A DNA stretch of 64,000 nucleotides, taken from the NCBI RefSeq assembly GCF_036588685.1, contig NC_086379.1:74710001-74774000 (forward strand), written 5' to 3'. The position numbers were made by a program, and so were the translations under genes. Positions within the stretch are counted from its first letter, which is position 1. Every line of letters begins with the position of its first letter. Of the stretch, positions 14,301 through 29,300 are shown piece by piece. The stretch is from Mytilus trossulus (taxonomy: Eukaryota). The notes under the pieces are model-generated. The model had not been told where the DNA came from and did not search any database. It was given only the letters and a program-made list of their open reading frames with translations.

Positions 14301-17300
14301 TAGTTCTGTGTTAATTAATTTCAATAGATGTGTATAAATACATAACATGTTTAAATCCCAAAATTTAAGAAAAATGTATCCTTTCTACTTCTAAATATAT
14401 CTCAAATTCAGCATTTTTTTCATTTATAAAGGGACATAACTTCAGAACAGTGAAAGTAATGCCATTATTTTTTATTTAGCCATTTATTTCTTTTGCTTAT
14501 GCATTACCTTTGCTATAGCTGCATGCAGTCTTTTGTTTGTGCTTAAAGTGTTTAAGTTTGCATGTGCTACTGTTATATAAATACTATGTGCTACTGTATA
14601 TGTGCTGATATTAGACATTTGTTTTAATCTATCTTGCTTAGCTTTTATTCTGCATGTGCTATATATGTATTAATATATATATGTGCTGTCTGTTTGCATG
14701 TTTGTGTTGTATGTGTGTCTGATGTTATTACATGTATGTTTTGTTTATTAATATCAGTCGGTTAAAGAGCTCTTAAGAGCTCATGTTCATTGTTATTTTG
14801 TATATATATGCAACCCGACTTTAAATAAAGATTACTTTACTTTACTTTACTTTAATCAAATTTAAAAATCCTCTGTGGTAAGAAGCATTGTGTTTTAAGT
14901 TTTATAACATTTATTTTAAGCAAAATCAATTTAGAATGTGGAAACAACTACTATTGATTTTTTTCCATTTTTATCTTCATCTTATGAGTAAAATACTTAC
15001 AGAAAAATCAAATTTATCAGAATCTAAGACTTCCCGTCTAATAACATCCTCAGCTGACAGAACTTCTTGATTAATGGTCAAATCTTTCAAATTTTTCCTT
15101 TAATACAAAAAAATAATAATTATTCAGGAACTAAATCACTGTAGATCATTTCTAACTGAAATTTGGAATCATAAATTGGCCATCTTTGTGTTTTCCATAG
15201 TTTTATATAAAATCATTATATAAAAATGCCGATATGCTTCACTAATTGATACTGTATTATTGTTATGTTGCAAATAAAGAGATCCAACTACAAGCATGAT
15301 CTTTAACATTGCCCCCTTGAAACATTTACAAAGTAAAGATATAATTTTTAAACTCAATGTGAATCAATGAACCTTAACAATGAGGTCATAAAAGAGGACC
15401 TTTATTTTATTTATATCATTTGAATAAAAGTGATGTGCATGGATATTGTGGTTAACACTAGTTTGGCTGGTTTGCCATCAAAAGTAGTGATTAGAAATGA
15501 AGCAATACAATTAATAAGAGAGAGAAAAGATAACTTAACTTACAGAGACTTAGGTATGGTAATCTGAACGTTGGTTATACTGATGGATCTTTTCCGTCTA
15601 TCAGAAAGAGTTCCACAATCAACAACCACAGTTATATCAGAACAATCTGCCTTAGTACATAGTTTAGAGTCCCAGTAGGCATTAATCTTTTGAACTGACT
15701 TCTTAACATCAATTTCCAGAGCTTCTTTTATACCAAGACAGTTAGCTGTTGTTATGTTAGGATAGGATAAAACTATATCAAGCCTCTTTTTTGGAAATCC
15801 ATTTATTGCTAAAAATATAAAAGCATGAATACAACATTTTTGATTAATAAATGTATTAGTAAAACTCATCCATCACCCACCTCTTAAATTTACCCTTGTT
15901 AAAAAAACATAGTATCGATAATGATTCCGTTCACACTGAAAATGTTTCAAGACAGACTAAGGTAAATTCTAACCGATTTGTTTAACCATTTAATAAATAT
16001 GGTAAATGAATAACAGATAAAAGATAATAAGTGGTGCCAGCGTAAATGTATATATTTCATTTCTCTTATCCTTCGTCAATTTATCCCATTCTGCACCCAT
16101 TGTATAAAAGAATTCAATCAACGTGTTGTTCGTTTGATCTCAGTTCTTCATTGCTTAAAATCCTATTATGACGTTGAATTTTCTTGTTTTCCACTGAATT
16201 TCCTATTGTGACGGCATGAAATAAGGCGACCATGCTTGATGACGTCACATAGAAAGAACACATCTTTTTACAGATCAGTAGCAAAGAAAGAATATGTTTG
16301 CCTGTGTATTGTTTGAAAATCATTAGAGAAACAGATTTCACCACCAAATCTCATGAAATATGATATTTATCCACTCTAGACAGTTAAATTTTTAATATTT
16401 TAAATGCTAGGCGACCCTCACGTTTTAAATTTGAAAATTTAACTGTCGAGAGTGGATAAATATCGTATAACAATGGAGGCAGTGGTAGAATATAAATGTA
16501 TGTTATTCAGGTTTACTGAGGTAAAACTGGCCACCCAAAAAATAAAGCAAGTAACAAGAAAGTATTTTTTTAAAACAAACTTACGTCCACATGGTGGATA
16601 AGTCAATGGATGAGATGGCATTGCTGGATTCCAACTCCCTGATGGTCCACATGTATACAGTATTGGGTGATAACGAGAGATTCTTTCTGTCTTGGAATTT
16701 TTACATCTAATTGTACACCCTTCATTTGCTTCGCCTTTTTCACACATCTGTTCACCTCCCCAAGGATCAGGTATCTTATTACAAACTTCAGCTGTAATCA
16801 AAATATTCCTTTAAATCTAAAATATACAATCTTGCAGATCTCATATTTTAAGAAAAGGAGATAACTGGCATGTAAAATAAATATATCCCATAAATTTAGG
16901 TAACATAAAATGCTCTTATTCTTTAAACATGTCCATCTTAAACATCATATGGTCCGAGTACATAGTTATTTCGTAGTGCATTTCTTTTAGACAATAAATG
17001 AAAATTAAAAAAATCCCACCTGCGCTTTCTCAATAATATTTTTACAGTGTGCTGTACTACTTTTGGGACAAATTATATCAAAATTATAGAAAACGTCATC
17101 AGCTCTAACTCAAAATATGGACAATTTTATGTTAAGGGGGTCTTGAAATCTTTTGACAGCTTCCGAAGTGCTAATTTTTTACCTTTTTCAGCTGAACCTT
17201 ATCACTACTTTACATTAATATTTATGACCCAAATTTTTTTACAGTGTCATTTCATCCCCCATCTTGCTATATGAGGCATAAAACATGGAGAAATAAATTT

Positions 17301-20300
17301 GGAAGGGGTTTAACAAAAATTGACAAGTAACACACTGTCCACACTAAGGACTATATTCGTGGACAACGAAAATCAAAGGACGATAACTGTGTACTTGGAC
17401 CATATGGTTGATTGTGATATTTCATGAAAGATCAAGTTTTGACTTTGACATGCACCAAGTTACGGCAATATGTCATATGGCTTAAATTTGAGCTTTGGCT
17501 ATTGAAATAAGAAAGTTCCTTAGTGTCACAAAATTGAACTATGGGTAATACTTCTAATCATATTATGCTATTTGAGAAATTTTCAAACTTTTATGTATAT
17601 TTTGTACTTAAATTTCAATGTAAAACTTACATTGAACATAAATGTTGAAACTACAGAACTGTGAATTAGACTCATCATCGATGGCTTCATATATCATCTT
17701 GTATTTACCCCACAGGAAGGTATCTCCTGGAAAAAAAATATCATGGCAAATAATATCAATGTGAAAATAGACTAAGAGGTATCAAAGTTGTCGTCTTACA
17801 ATTCTTACATTGCGAAGAATTCTTTTAATCTGCCTTTTATAATCACACTGGTGTTGTTTATTCATGGCCTTATTTTTATTTTAATAAAAATCAGTTCATT
17901 CATTTATACACCTAGGAAACAAGCACCTTTACAGGGTTAAGTAAGAAAATCTTCATAATTTTTCTGCCTTGAATACTTTACAGGTTTGTTTTGACACTAT
18001 TATATATTGTTGTGTCCCCCTGTACTATTTAAGATAATACAATATGGATTCTTCTTTGAAGTGCAACTATAAAAAATTTGTAAAGCATTTTTCTAATGAA
18101 AGTTGTATGACAGAACAGTGAAAGGTCTTTATGTTCTATCTTAAGTACAAGCATCTTAAATATAAATTTTAGAAAGGGACACATACCAATCTCATTGAAA
18201 TAAGCTGTAAATTTATGCTAAGATACTCTCCACATAACAGGAATGTAGCCTTTAACAACATTGGATTTTAATAAGATTGGGATACTTACCAGACCTATAC
18301 CTTCTGTTAATAGTACTAGCTCCTTTTATAGTTGGTTCTGTCCAGGAAACTGTTATCAATCTCTCTTTGCTATATATATGTATATTTGATGGACAGTTGA
18401 CAATTGATGGGGGTGTCTTTTTAATGCCTATAAGAAAATTGAAAACGGAAACAGGAAGTGTGTCAAAGAGACAACATCTCCACCTGCAAAGAGCAAAAAA
18501 TAGCCGAAGGCCACCTATTGGTCTCAAACACAGTGAGAAAATCTTGCACCAAGTATGGATAAGTATTTATATTTCTGTTATGAACATTGATTTATTTTAC
18601 TTTCTTCTGCTCTTTAAAAAAACACAAATGGTAAAGCTCAGTCATTTACTCAAAATTTCATGTCCAATATCATAGAATTCAGGGTTGATTTTTTTGTCTG
18701 TTTATAGTTGCTCCTCATTTTGAGATGCATTATGGAACAAAACAATGGCTCAACATATCTATTCCATTCCAATGTCAACTTAATTCTTTGCCATGGCATT
18801 GTCAGTTTTTTTTATATATGAGTTTGACTGTCCCTCTGGTATCTTTCACCCCTCTTTTCTATCTTATCATCAGTATTTGGAATCAAGTAACAAGTTTAAT
18901 TCTAATAAATCCTACCTTGTGTGATACAGCTTTTGCCTAATTTTAATAAATCCTACCTTGTGTGATACAGCTTTTGCCTAATTTTAATAAATCCTACCTT
19001 GTGTGATACAGCTTTTGCCTAAAACACAGCCTTCTCTTGATGCATGTGATGGGTAAACAGGTCGCACACCTTTGTGTAAGATAAACTCATTCCATCTAAG
19101 TATAGCTCCTATAAAAACCACTCTAGGCTTGGAATGGATGACAGCTATTTCTGATTCAAAGTCTAAAGCTCGGTTGTAAATATTCAACTGACTGATATAC
19201 CCTTTGAAGCCTTCATTGGTTGACTGTTTTGTGTTTGGTCCTAAGTTGTCACCAATAACTATCCAAATACTGAAATACATTTAGCTAATACAAAGTTCTA
19301 TACATTAGTTAAATATTATAAGAAGCTGCTGAAGACGCCAATCTAATCGGTGAAACTATAAAAAATATAGTATATATACCAATACACATAATTAACAGCG
19401 CCTCAGGTGATGTTTCATAGAGGCTATGCTATGAAACATCACCAGGCGCTATTAATTATGTGTATTAGTATATATACGATATTTTTATGCTTTTACATTT
19501 TTATCACTGATACACAGAGTTAATATGGCTTCTACTAACAAAAGCTCCATTTGGAGTTAATGTGTTTAGAGACTACTTATGTCGACAGTACACCTTTCCG
19601 ATATTGCTAATCGGTGAAACTAGTCGGCATAATAAACTTGCAGTTCACTAAAGCATTGCTGTCAATCATGCCGTATTTTATTAGTTATATATGTACAATA
19701 TAATAAGAAGTGTGGTCTATCATTATTCATGGAATAATAATTTTTTCATGGGTTTTGTGGTACAGGTGAACAAATAATATAAGGGTTCAACAAAGTACAT
19801 TGTACAAATTATTTGCAGGTTTGTTTGTAGACTTTAAATGGCAAATTTAAAAAATTTGTAAGGGTTTCGCGGAACCCAGTGTCTCGCCTACTTTTGCTGT
19901 AAATTGCGGGCTCCACAAAAATGAGGAAAAAATTTTCCTCTTGATACCATCTTATGATTGTAAGAAGCTTCTGTCTAAGTTTGGTAAAAATCTAGGATAG
20001 TTAATTAATCTAATGAATGTTTTGAAAACTTTAACTGCAAACTGTATGTAATGTTAACTTAAAGAAAATCTAAGTCCATTTAAAAATAAAATACAGAAAA
20101 AATGAATTTATCTTTTTACAAAATTTACTTCTGGATACTATTTTATGATCATAAATAAGCTTCTGTCCAAGTTTGGTACACACCCAGGATAGTTTAAGAA
20201 AGTTATTAAAATTCTAAAAAACTTTAACCACAGAGTGAATGTTATGTTTCCCCGCAGAAAAAACTAAGTCTATTTATAAGTAAATTACGGAAAAAATGGA

Positions 20301-23300
20301 ATTTTATTTTTACAAAATGTACTTCTGGATACTATCTTATGATCTTAAACAAGCTTCTGTCCAAGTTTGGTAGAAATCCAGTATAGTTTAAGAAAGTTAT
20401 TAAAATTTCAAAAACTTTAACCACAGAGTGAATATTTGTTGACGACGCTGACGACACCGACGATGATGGAATGTAGGATCACTTAGTCTCGCTTTTTCAA
20501 CTAAAGTCGAAGGCTCGACAAAAATCAAATAGTCACAAAAATACCCTTTTTCTTCATCCGCAAAAATTGGTTCACACGAAAATTAAATGAATCCACATTT
20601 ATTGCCAATTAGACAACTATTCACAAGAGATCAAAAGTATAAATTCTAGATACTGTTCAGGTTACAATAAGTGCAGATGGCAGGTATCTGGGGTGTGAAA
20701 TATTGTGCACTGTAAAGTGAGAAATTATTGTGAGGTTACGCTAAATAATGCAACTGGTTGTGTATCACAATACTAAGGACCAGTATTCAAATATCTGATA
20801 CATATATCTGATTTCAGATCATTTTGAAATTGCAATTATTATTCTAGCAAATTTGTCCCTTCTTCAACAAGAGTGCACACACTGAAATGTCTCGCCTTCT
20901 TTACTAATCATTGATAGTATGTTGATAGTCCTAATAATAAAGCTTTATTACAACTGTCACATAAACTTAACATAAACCAAGAAAACTAAACATTGACCTT
21001 TGAACCATGAAAATGAGGTCAAGGTCAGATGAACCATGCCAGGTAGGCATGTACAGCTAACAATTCTTCCATACAACAAATAAAAATGACTTATTGCTTA
21101 TAATTTAAGAAAAACAGACCAAAACATAGAAGCTTAACACTGAGCAATGAATCGTAAAAAATGAGGTCAAGGTCAAATAAAACCTGTGCGACTGACATGT
21201 AGATCATGAAATATTTCCATACACCAAATATAGTTGACCTATTGCATATAGTATCAGAAAAAAATTCCAAAACTCAAAAACTTAACTTTGACCACTGAAC
21301 CATGAAAATGAGGTCAAGGTCATATGACACCTGCCAGGTAGACCTGTACACCTTATAACAATTCCATACACAAAATATAAAAGACCTATTGCATACAGTA
21401 TAAGAAAAACAGACCAAAACACAAAAACTAAACTATAACCACTGAACCATGAAAATGAGGTCAAGGTCAGATGACACCTGCCAGTTGGACATGTACACCT
21501 TACAGTGCTTCCATACACCGAATATACTAGACCTATTGCTTATAGTATCTCAGATATGGACTTGACCACCAAAACTTAACCTTGTTCACTGATCCATGAA
21601 ATGAGGTCGAGGTCAAGTGAAAACTGTCTGACGGGCAAGAGGACCTTGCAAGGTACGCACATACCAAATATAGTTATCCTATTATTTATAATAAGAGAGA
21701 ATTTAACATTACAAAAAATCTTAACTTTTTTTTCAAGTAGTCACTGAACCATGGAAATGAGGTCAAGGACATTGGACATGTGACTGACGGAAACTTCTTA
21801 ACATGAGGCATCCGTATACACAGTATGAAGCATCCAGGTCTCCCACCTTCTAAAATATAAAGCTTTTAAGAAGTGAGCTAACACAGCCTCCGCCGCCGTA
21901 GCCGCCGCCGACGGATCACTATCCCTATGTCGAGCTTTCTGCGACAAAAGTCGCAGGCTCGACAAAAATCAAAGATAAAGGACAAAGCAATGAATTTATA
22001 ACATGAAATATTTCTGTGTAGCATAATAACAAATGTAGATAATTATCAGACTTACTTATGGTTAAAGTTGTTTTTAAAAGTGATTGCATTATTTGTTCCT
22101 TGACTTATACTATTAATAATATAATTTCCACCAGATTTGTCATCCCATGTAAACACCACATTGTGCCATTCCCCATTATCTATGGTAAAGTAGTTCTGTG
22201 TAATTGTCTTCTTTCCATTATGATCAGTAATATCTACTCCCGTATTATGAAACATTATCATTTCTTCTCGATCCTCTATACTGTTCATAGCACTGTAAAA
22301 ATAAATGTCAAAATATGGTGAATCATGTGACAAATTCACTGGTTGTATCTGTACACTCTTATTAACTTTATTGTTGGTTAGCATAGTGCTACTTCTTGTG
22401 ATTCTGATCCAAGGCTTTCAAAACGGTCATATATGTCGGTCATTTGTATAATGTCCGGCTTTTTCTGTCATTTTTACATATAAATTCACGATCTTTTTGA
22501 CCCAACATTTTGCATTTAACAGCCATACATTTCCGGTCATAAAAATGACATGATGATTAATTACTATCAAAACAACCCCTACTTCAATACTTTCTAATTT
22601 TAATCAAGGCTAATTAGTTGTTGGACAGCTGAAAACTACCTGTTCAGGTGACAGGTAAACTCTTTTCAGTACCGGACATCGTATAAATTAATCGGTCCAT
22701 TCCCAATTATTTTCGTACATTTCAGCAGCTTGTATCTAATTGATTTAAAATATATAATAAATACATTTATAAACATGATTTGATAAATCATTTAAAAAGG
22801 TTTTAAATGAAAAATCGTCAGCACTACGTTGTATGAACAAGAACACGTGTGCGCATGTGCACAGGTAGGAAATTCAATTATGCATCCTACATTTCTTCAA
22901 AAATGCTAAAAGTATCATTGATACCTGTATCTAACGTTCATTTCAAGTATTTTGTTGAAGAAATAACGTGGAAAGAGCTTCTTCGCTCAGTAGTTCTATG
23001 TTAACGAACATGGATTTTACGAATCCGTTTATGGTCCATGTTTTACCATTGTCAAGTCAACATCCGGTTTTGAAAAATGTGACTTTAAAAACGAAAATAA
23101 AGTTCTAGACAACATCATTTTGCACAAATAAAGAGTCTAATGCAGATATGAGCACGCTGATGTGCACACTTTGAATGATGCAATGCCAATTTTAACAGTT
23201 TATGTCAGAACATCAAATTCATATCAAAGTAAAGTTTAATATCAATTTTAATTTAATGTCAATCATTGGGATGGCCATCTGATTACCCTAATTGCCTTTT

Positions 23301-26300
23301 GTGACTTTGTCTTAGGAATTAAAATTCAGATCAGATATAAAATGTCTGGCTGGCTCAGAAAAATTTTGGAAGCCCTGTTCTGATCACAGATCTCGCTTAT
23401 TGTTTATTTTTTCAAATTCGTGTATCTCCCTTATCATTGTAATGATAACACTTGTAATTTCACTTGTCTATCCCTCATTGGTTTACCGTTTTCATGCTCA
23501 ATAATTTGACCATCCTGTGTGACCCTCACAAAAACTTAACCAATCCCACAGCACACTTAGACCACAATGAGACCCACCTTTTCAAATGGTTAAAGTTTTC
23601 CTGATGCTAACATATGGCACAATATAGAAAATAATACATGGCAAAAACTATAGCAAATCAACCTCATTGATACATCAAATTTCAACCATGGACAGAAAAT
23701 ACTAGAGGTGTTCCAATTAGTATTTTTTTTAAACCAGCTGCAGATAAACAAATTTAAACATCCAATCTAAAGTATACTTACCTAACACTATACAAGGTAA
23801 AGTATATCTGTTTGAAACCATTGACCTGGAACTTAACCCACATACTGATTGTTATGCCACTACCAGTCAGCTGTATGGGGTAAGGCAAGGCAGCATAGCC
23901 ATCACGGGCAGGTAAATAGAACAACAAATCATAGTTTGTGTCTAATTCTACAAAAACATACAAATTTCATATTAAAAAGAATACTCATATTATTTGTATA
24001 AAAAAATTGTAAGGGTTCTTCTGTCTCTCCTGCTTTCTGGAAATACATTTTTACAAAATTTCCTTCTAGATACTAGCTTTTGATCATTAACAAGCTTCTA
24101 TCCCAAGTTTGGTAAAAATCCAGGATAGTTTAAAAAAGTTATTAAAATGACTAAAACTTTAACCACAGAGTAAATATTTGTGGCCACTGCCACTGCTGCA
24201 GACCTGATGATGGAATGAAGGATTGCTATGTCTTGCTTTTTTGACAACATTCGAAGGCTCGACAATCAGTGAATGTAAGTTGTGAGATTTTAATCATGAA
24301 ACCATCATTTTGTTTCAGACAACTCACTTTTGAAATTTGTCATCAAAATAAAAAATAATTTCTGAAGCAATTACACAACCATGAAACTCATTTATCTATT
24401 TATTCAGCAATTATATCATAGGCAAATAAACTTCACCTTTGGGCAAAAACTTTTGAAACAAGTACTAGTGTTAAATAATATAAGCAAAATTTAGACATAC
24501 TTGGTGTATAAATATCACAATCATGGTAACAAATTAAATGTGTGGAATTCCATTCTTCGTAATATTTCCTTTTTACCTATATATGGATAAGATGGGCTAT
24601 TGGGAAGGTTTTGCATTAACCCCATTCCATTTTTGGCATATATCAAGTCAGGCGCTTTGGAACCATAAAATGTTAGTTTAAGTTTTTGACTTCATGTTTG
24701 TATGTGTGTTTTTTTACAGGAGTTTGATGTGTTGGTGTTGTCTGTGACTAAATCAATGGAGTGGGATATACAATCAGTAAAATATATATGTAAAGACCAC
24801 CACTGACAAGGTTCATGTCTTAGGAGAGGCACTGTGACACAAACTTGCTCATATTTATTTGTTTTGATTAAACATAGTTACTGGCATCACATAAATAAAA
24901 ATTTACAAAACTCTGATTTGGAATTACACTTAGAATGATCATATCAAAGGGAATATGTGTATTAAGTAACATAAAGTTTCAAGTTGGTTGGACTTCAATT
25001 ACCACAAAAACTCCCTCGACTAAAAACTTTCACCTGAATCAAGACAGAAGGACGAATGAATAGAACCACAGACCAGAAAACATATCGTAAGGTGGGGCAT
25101 AAAAAACTTCACTTACTGTGGATTCATTAATATTCGTTGGATACCAATTTTCGTGGATTTCATGGGGCAGGAGAACCACAAATTTAAATGTTCAACGAAA
25201 TACAGATTTTCTAAAGAAATGTATGCAGAATTTGCCAAAACAACGAATTCACATATCCACGAATATGCAAGTTTTTATCAATCCATGAAAATCAGTACCC
25301 ACGAAAATAAATGAATCCACAGTACATCATATCTATACATAGACTAACCTCTTTTACAGTATTCACCAGTGAAACCCAGATTACATCTACAGTAATAATC
25401 ATTCACCATGTCTCTACATACAGAAGTACTTACATCATATCTATATATAGACTTACCTCTTGTACAGTATTCACCAGTGAAACCCAGATTACATTTACAG
25501 TAATAATCATTCACCATGTCTCTACATACAGAAGTACTTACATCATATCTATATATAGACTTACCTCTTGTACAGTATTCACCAGTGAAACACAGATTAC
25601 ATTTACAGTAATAATCATTCACCATGTCTCTACATACAGAAGTACTTACATCATATCTATATACAGACTAACCTTTTACAGTATTCACCAGTGAAACCCA
25701 GATTACATTTACAGTAATAATCATTCACCATGTCTCTACATACAGAAGTACTTACATCATATCTATATATAGACTTACCTCTTGTACAGTATTCACCAGT
25801 GAAACCCAGATTACATCTACAGTAATAATCATTCACCATGTCTCTACATACAGAAGTACTTACATCATATCTATATATAGACTTACTTCTTGTACAGTAT
25901 TCACCAGTGAAACCCAGATTATATTTACAGTAATAATCATTCACCATGTCTCTACATATAGAAGTACTTACATCATATCTATATATAGACTTACCTCTTG
26001 TACAGTATTCACCAGTGAAACCCAGATTACATCTGCAGTAATAATCATTCACCATGTCTCTACATACAGAAGTACTTACATCATGTCTATATATAGACTT
26101 ACCTCTTGTACAGTATTCACCAGTGAAACACAGATTACATCTACAGTAATAATCATTCACCATGTCTCTACATACAGAAGTACTTACATCATATCTATAT
26201 ATAGACTAACCTCTTGTACAGTATTCATCAGTGAAACCAAGATTACATTTACAGTAATAATCATTCACCATGTCTCTACATACAGAAGTACTTACATCAT

Positions 26301-29300
26301 GTCTATATATAGACATACCTCTTGTACAGTATTCACCAGTGAAACACAGATTACATCTACAGTAATAATCATTCACCATGTCTCTACATACAGAAGTACT
26401 TACATCATATCTATATATAGACTAACCTCTTGTACAGTATTCACCAGTGAAACCCAGATTACATCTGCAGTAATAATCATTCACCATGTCTCTACATACA
26501 GAAGTACTTACATCATGTATATATATAGACTTACCTCTTGTACAGTATTCACCAGTGAAACACAGATTACATCTACAGTAATAATCATTCACCATGTCTC
26601 TACATACAGAAGTACTTACATCATATCTATATATAGACTAACCTCTTGTACATTATTCACCAGTGAAACCCAGATTACATCTGCAGTAATAATCATTCAC
26701 CATGTCTCTACATACAGAAGTACTTACATCATATCTATATATAGACTAACCTCTTGTACAGTATTCACCAGTGAAACACAGATTACATTTACAGTAATAA
26801 TCATTCACCATGTCTCTACATACAGAAGTACTTACATCATGTCTATATATAGACTTACCTATTGTACAGTATTCACCAGTGAAACCCAGATTACATCTAC
26901 AGTAATAATCATTCACCATGTCTCTACATACAGAAGTACTTACATCATATCTATATATAGACTTACCTCTTGTACAGTATTCACCAGTGAAACCCAGATT
27001 ACATCTGCAGTAACAATCATTCACCATGTCTCTACATACAGAAGTGCTTACATCATATCTATATATAGACTAACCTCTTGTACAGTATTCACCAGTGAAA
27101 CCAAGTTTACATCTACAGTAATAATCATTCACCATGTCTCTACATCTAGAAGTACTTACATCATGTCTATATATAGACTTACCTCTTGTACAGTATTCAC
27201 CAGTGAAACCCAGATTACATCTACAGTAATAATCATTCACCATGTCTCTACATACTGAAGTCACAGGACATATCGCTGATTTACAGTTATCAATGTTGGT
27301 CTCACATTTACCTCCAGAAAACCCTGAAATCATTACCTAAACATGTTAGTACTAACACCAATGTTGTTCTCAGAGGTAACTAAATGAATCTGAAACCAAA
27401 ATCCAAATATGTCAGTAGTACAATTATTGACTAGGTTTGGGGTAACAGCTGTTTTGAGACCAAAGACTAAATTTAACCCTATCCAATATCTGAAGGTAAC
27501 AGTTTTGAGGATCAAACAGTGGCTGTTGATGGACCTGGAGGATCTGTATTGACACGCACACTGTGAACAACCTATATTTTTCTCCTGATTAAACTATGAT
27601 TACCTGATTTTAAAATGAACAATTTATGGTTTCAACACTTGATTCTTTTTGAAACAGTTTCATATCAAATCTAGAGAATTTATCATATCAGTAGTACTTA
27701 TTTTTGTTATTACCTGAATAGGTTTCAGTGTAACTCTCTAGACATAAAAGAATAATTGAACAAAGTACAACATTACATTCAGATAAGATTGATTGATTAA
27801 TTGTTGGTTGCTTTACATCCAGTGGCAAATATTTCATGCATGTTCAGGACGACATTCAGATATAGTTGGGACATGGTCAAAACTATTTTCCAATAATACT
27901 AACCTGATTTACAATTACATTTGAAACCAACACCATCAGCTGATGTTTGACAGGTGCCACCATTCTTACATGTGTCTATATCAGCACAGTGATTGACCAA
28001 TGTCTGACAACCTTTGCCTGTGTAATCTATCAATATAAACAAATAAAATCTTCTAAAAACCTCAGTAGCCAGTTTTTTTATCAATCTTAAAAGCCGTTGA
28101 AGCCAATTTAAAATCAATATTGGAAAATAAGCATCAATTTACCCAAAAAAATAATAATTAAACAAACTCACACATAAAAAAAATCATTACTAATCATTTG
28201 AACCACAAATACTAATAAAAAGCTGTGCAATGAGCGCATTATATGTCTGTCCCCCATTTAACAAGTATTTATGCTTGTTGTTAAAGTATGCATACAAGCT
28301 AATAATTTAAAAATTGTAATTCCGAAAATTTCAAAAAATGAAATAATGGTTCATTTATGTCAAAGAAATTCATTTAAAAATTGGATCATACAAATGATAG
28401 TGATTACACAACATGTTTCCTCAGTTTTTGATGAGCATCAACAATTCATACAGCCATAAACACCTTACATCTCATTGATTAAATGAGTGGAAACCTTACA
28501 TCTAAATTAATTAATTATCCACTTCATTTCTATTCTCAAAATTAGGATAACTTCTTAGTAGTTACAACCATTTTATACTGACCAACATTACAATTACAGT
28601 TTGGTAAAGCAGCATTGTCACACTTCCCTTCATTTATACAGGAATTAACATCACGACACGTATCTAACGAATTATCACAAAGTTTCCCGTATGTTTTCTC
28701 TGGACATCTGTAATCAGAAACAGAATACATCATCATAGGACTGATGTTTCATAAATAAAAGAACAGACTTCAAAATATAGGTTATGAATGTATGCTTTTG
28801 TAATAGTTACAAATGATATTTTAAAAGAGACATTAAAAAGATTTACAAAATGTGCAATAAATGTAATTAAATGGTGAATGTGTCCATTGGACACAGATGA
28901 TGCTCGATTGAAAATCATATAACGTTATAAAGTGACAGAACTGAAGAAATGTTTAAGTGGCACTACCAAAATTTGTACTTGATATGAGTTTTTGGAATTA
29001 ATAATTGCCTATAAGTTTCTTAAAATTTGGTTGAGGCAAACTAAAGCTTGAGAATTGAAACAAAAAATTCAGCAATTTTTCCATCTGTAAAGGGGCATAA
29101 CTCTAGAACAATATAAGTGACATCCCAACAATTCAAATTTGATTGGTATTTTGTGGTAATAAGCATTGTGTATAAGATTCATAACATTTGGTTGAGGCAA
29201 ACAAAAGTTAGAGAATGGAAACCAACTTTGTCAGCTGTAGATGTACAGACATACAAGGTTAAAACTTGAGGCGGGGGCATAAAAATCAAATGTTTAACTT

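Noticed and set aside
18916-18977. 21-nt AG/GT-flanked microexons (GKSCITQ) in the 41-bp repeat
   Set aside because: The intervening GT-AG segments are only 20 nt with no pyrimidine tract, so splicing is unlikely.
25325-27180. Array units as mutually exclusive cassette exons (Dscam-like)
   Set aside because: The available AGs in the unit are phase 2 with poor pyrimidine tracts, incompatible with the phase-1 donors; only alternative-donor use keeps frame.
26083-27258. 391-aa Thr/Ser/Ile/His-rich + strand ORF (also 25311-25694)
   Set aside because: It is the antisense reading of the 108-bp array; a stop-free frame in a repeat whose unit is a multiple of three is expected by chance.
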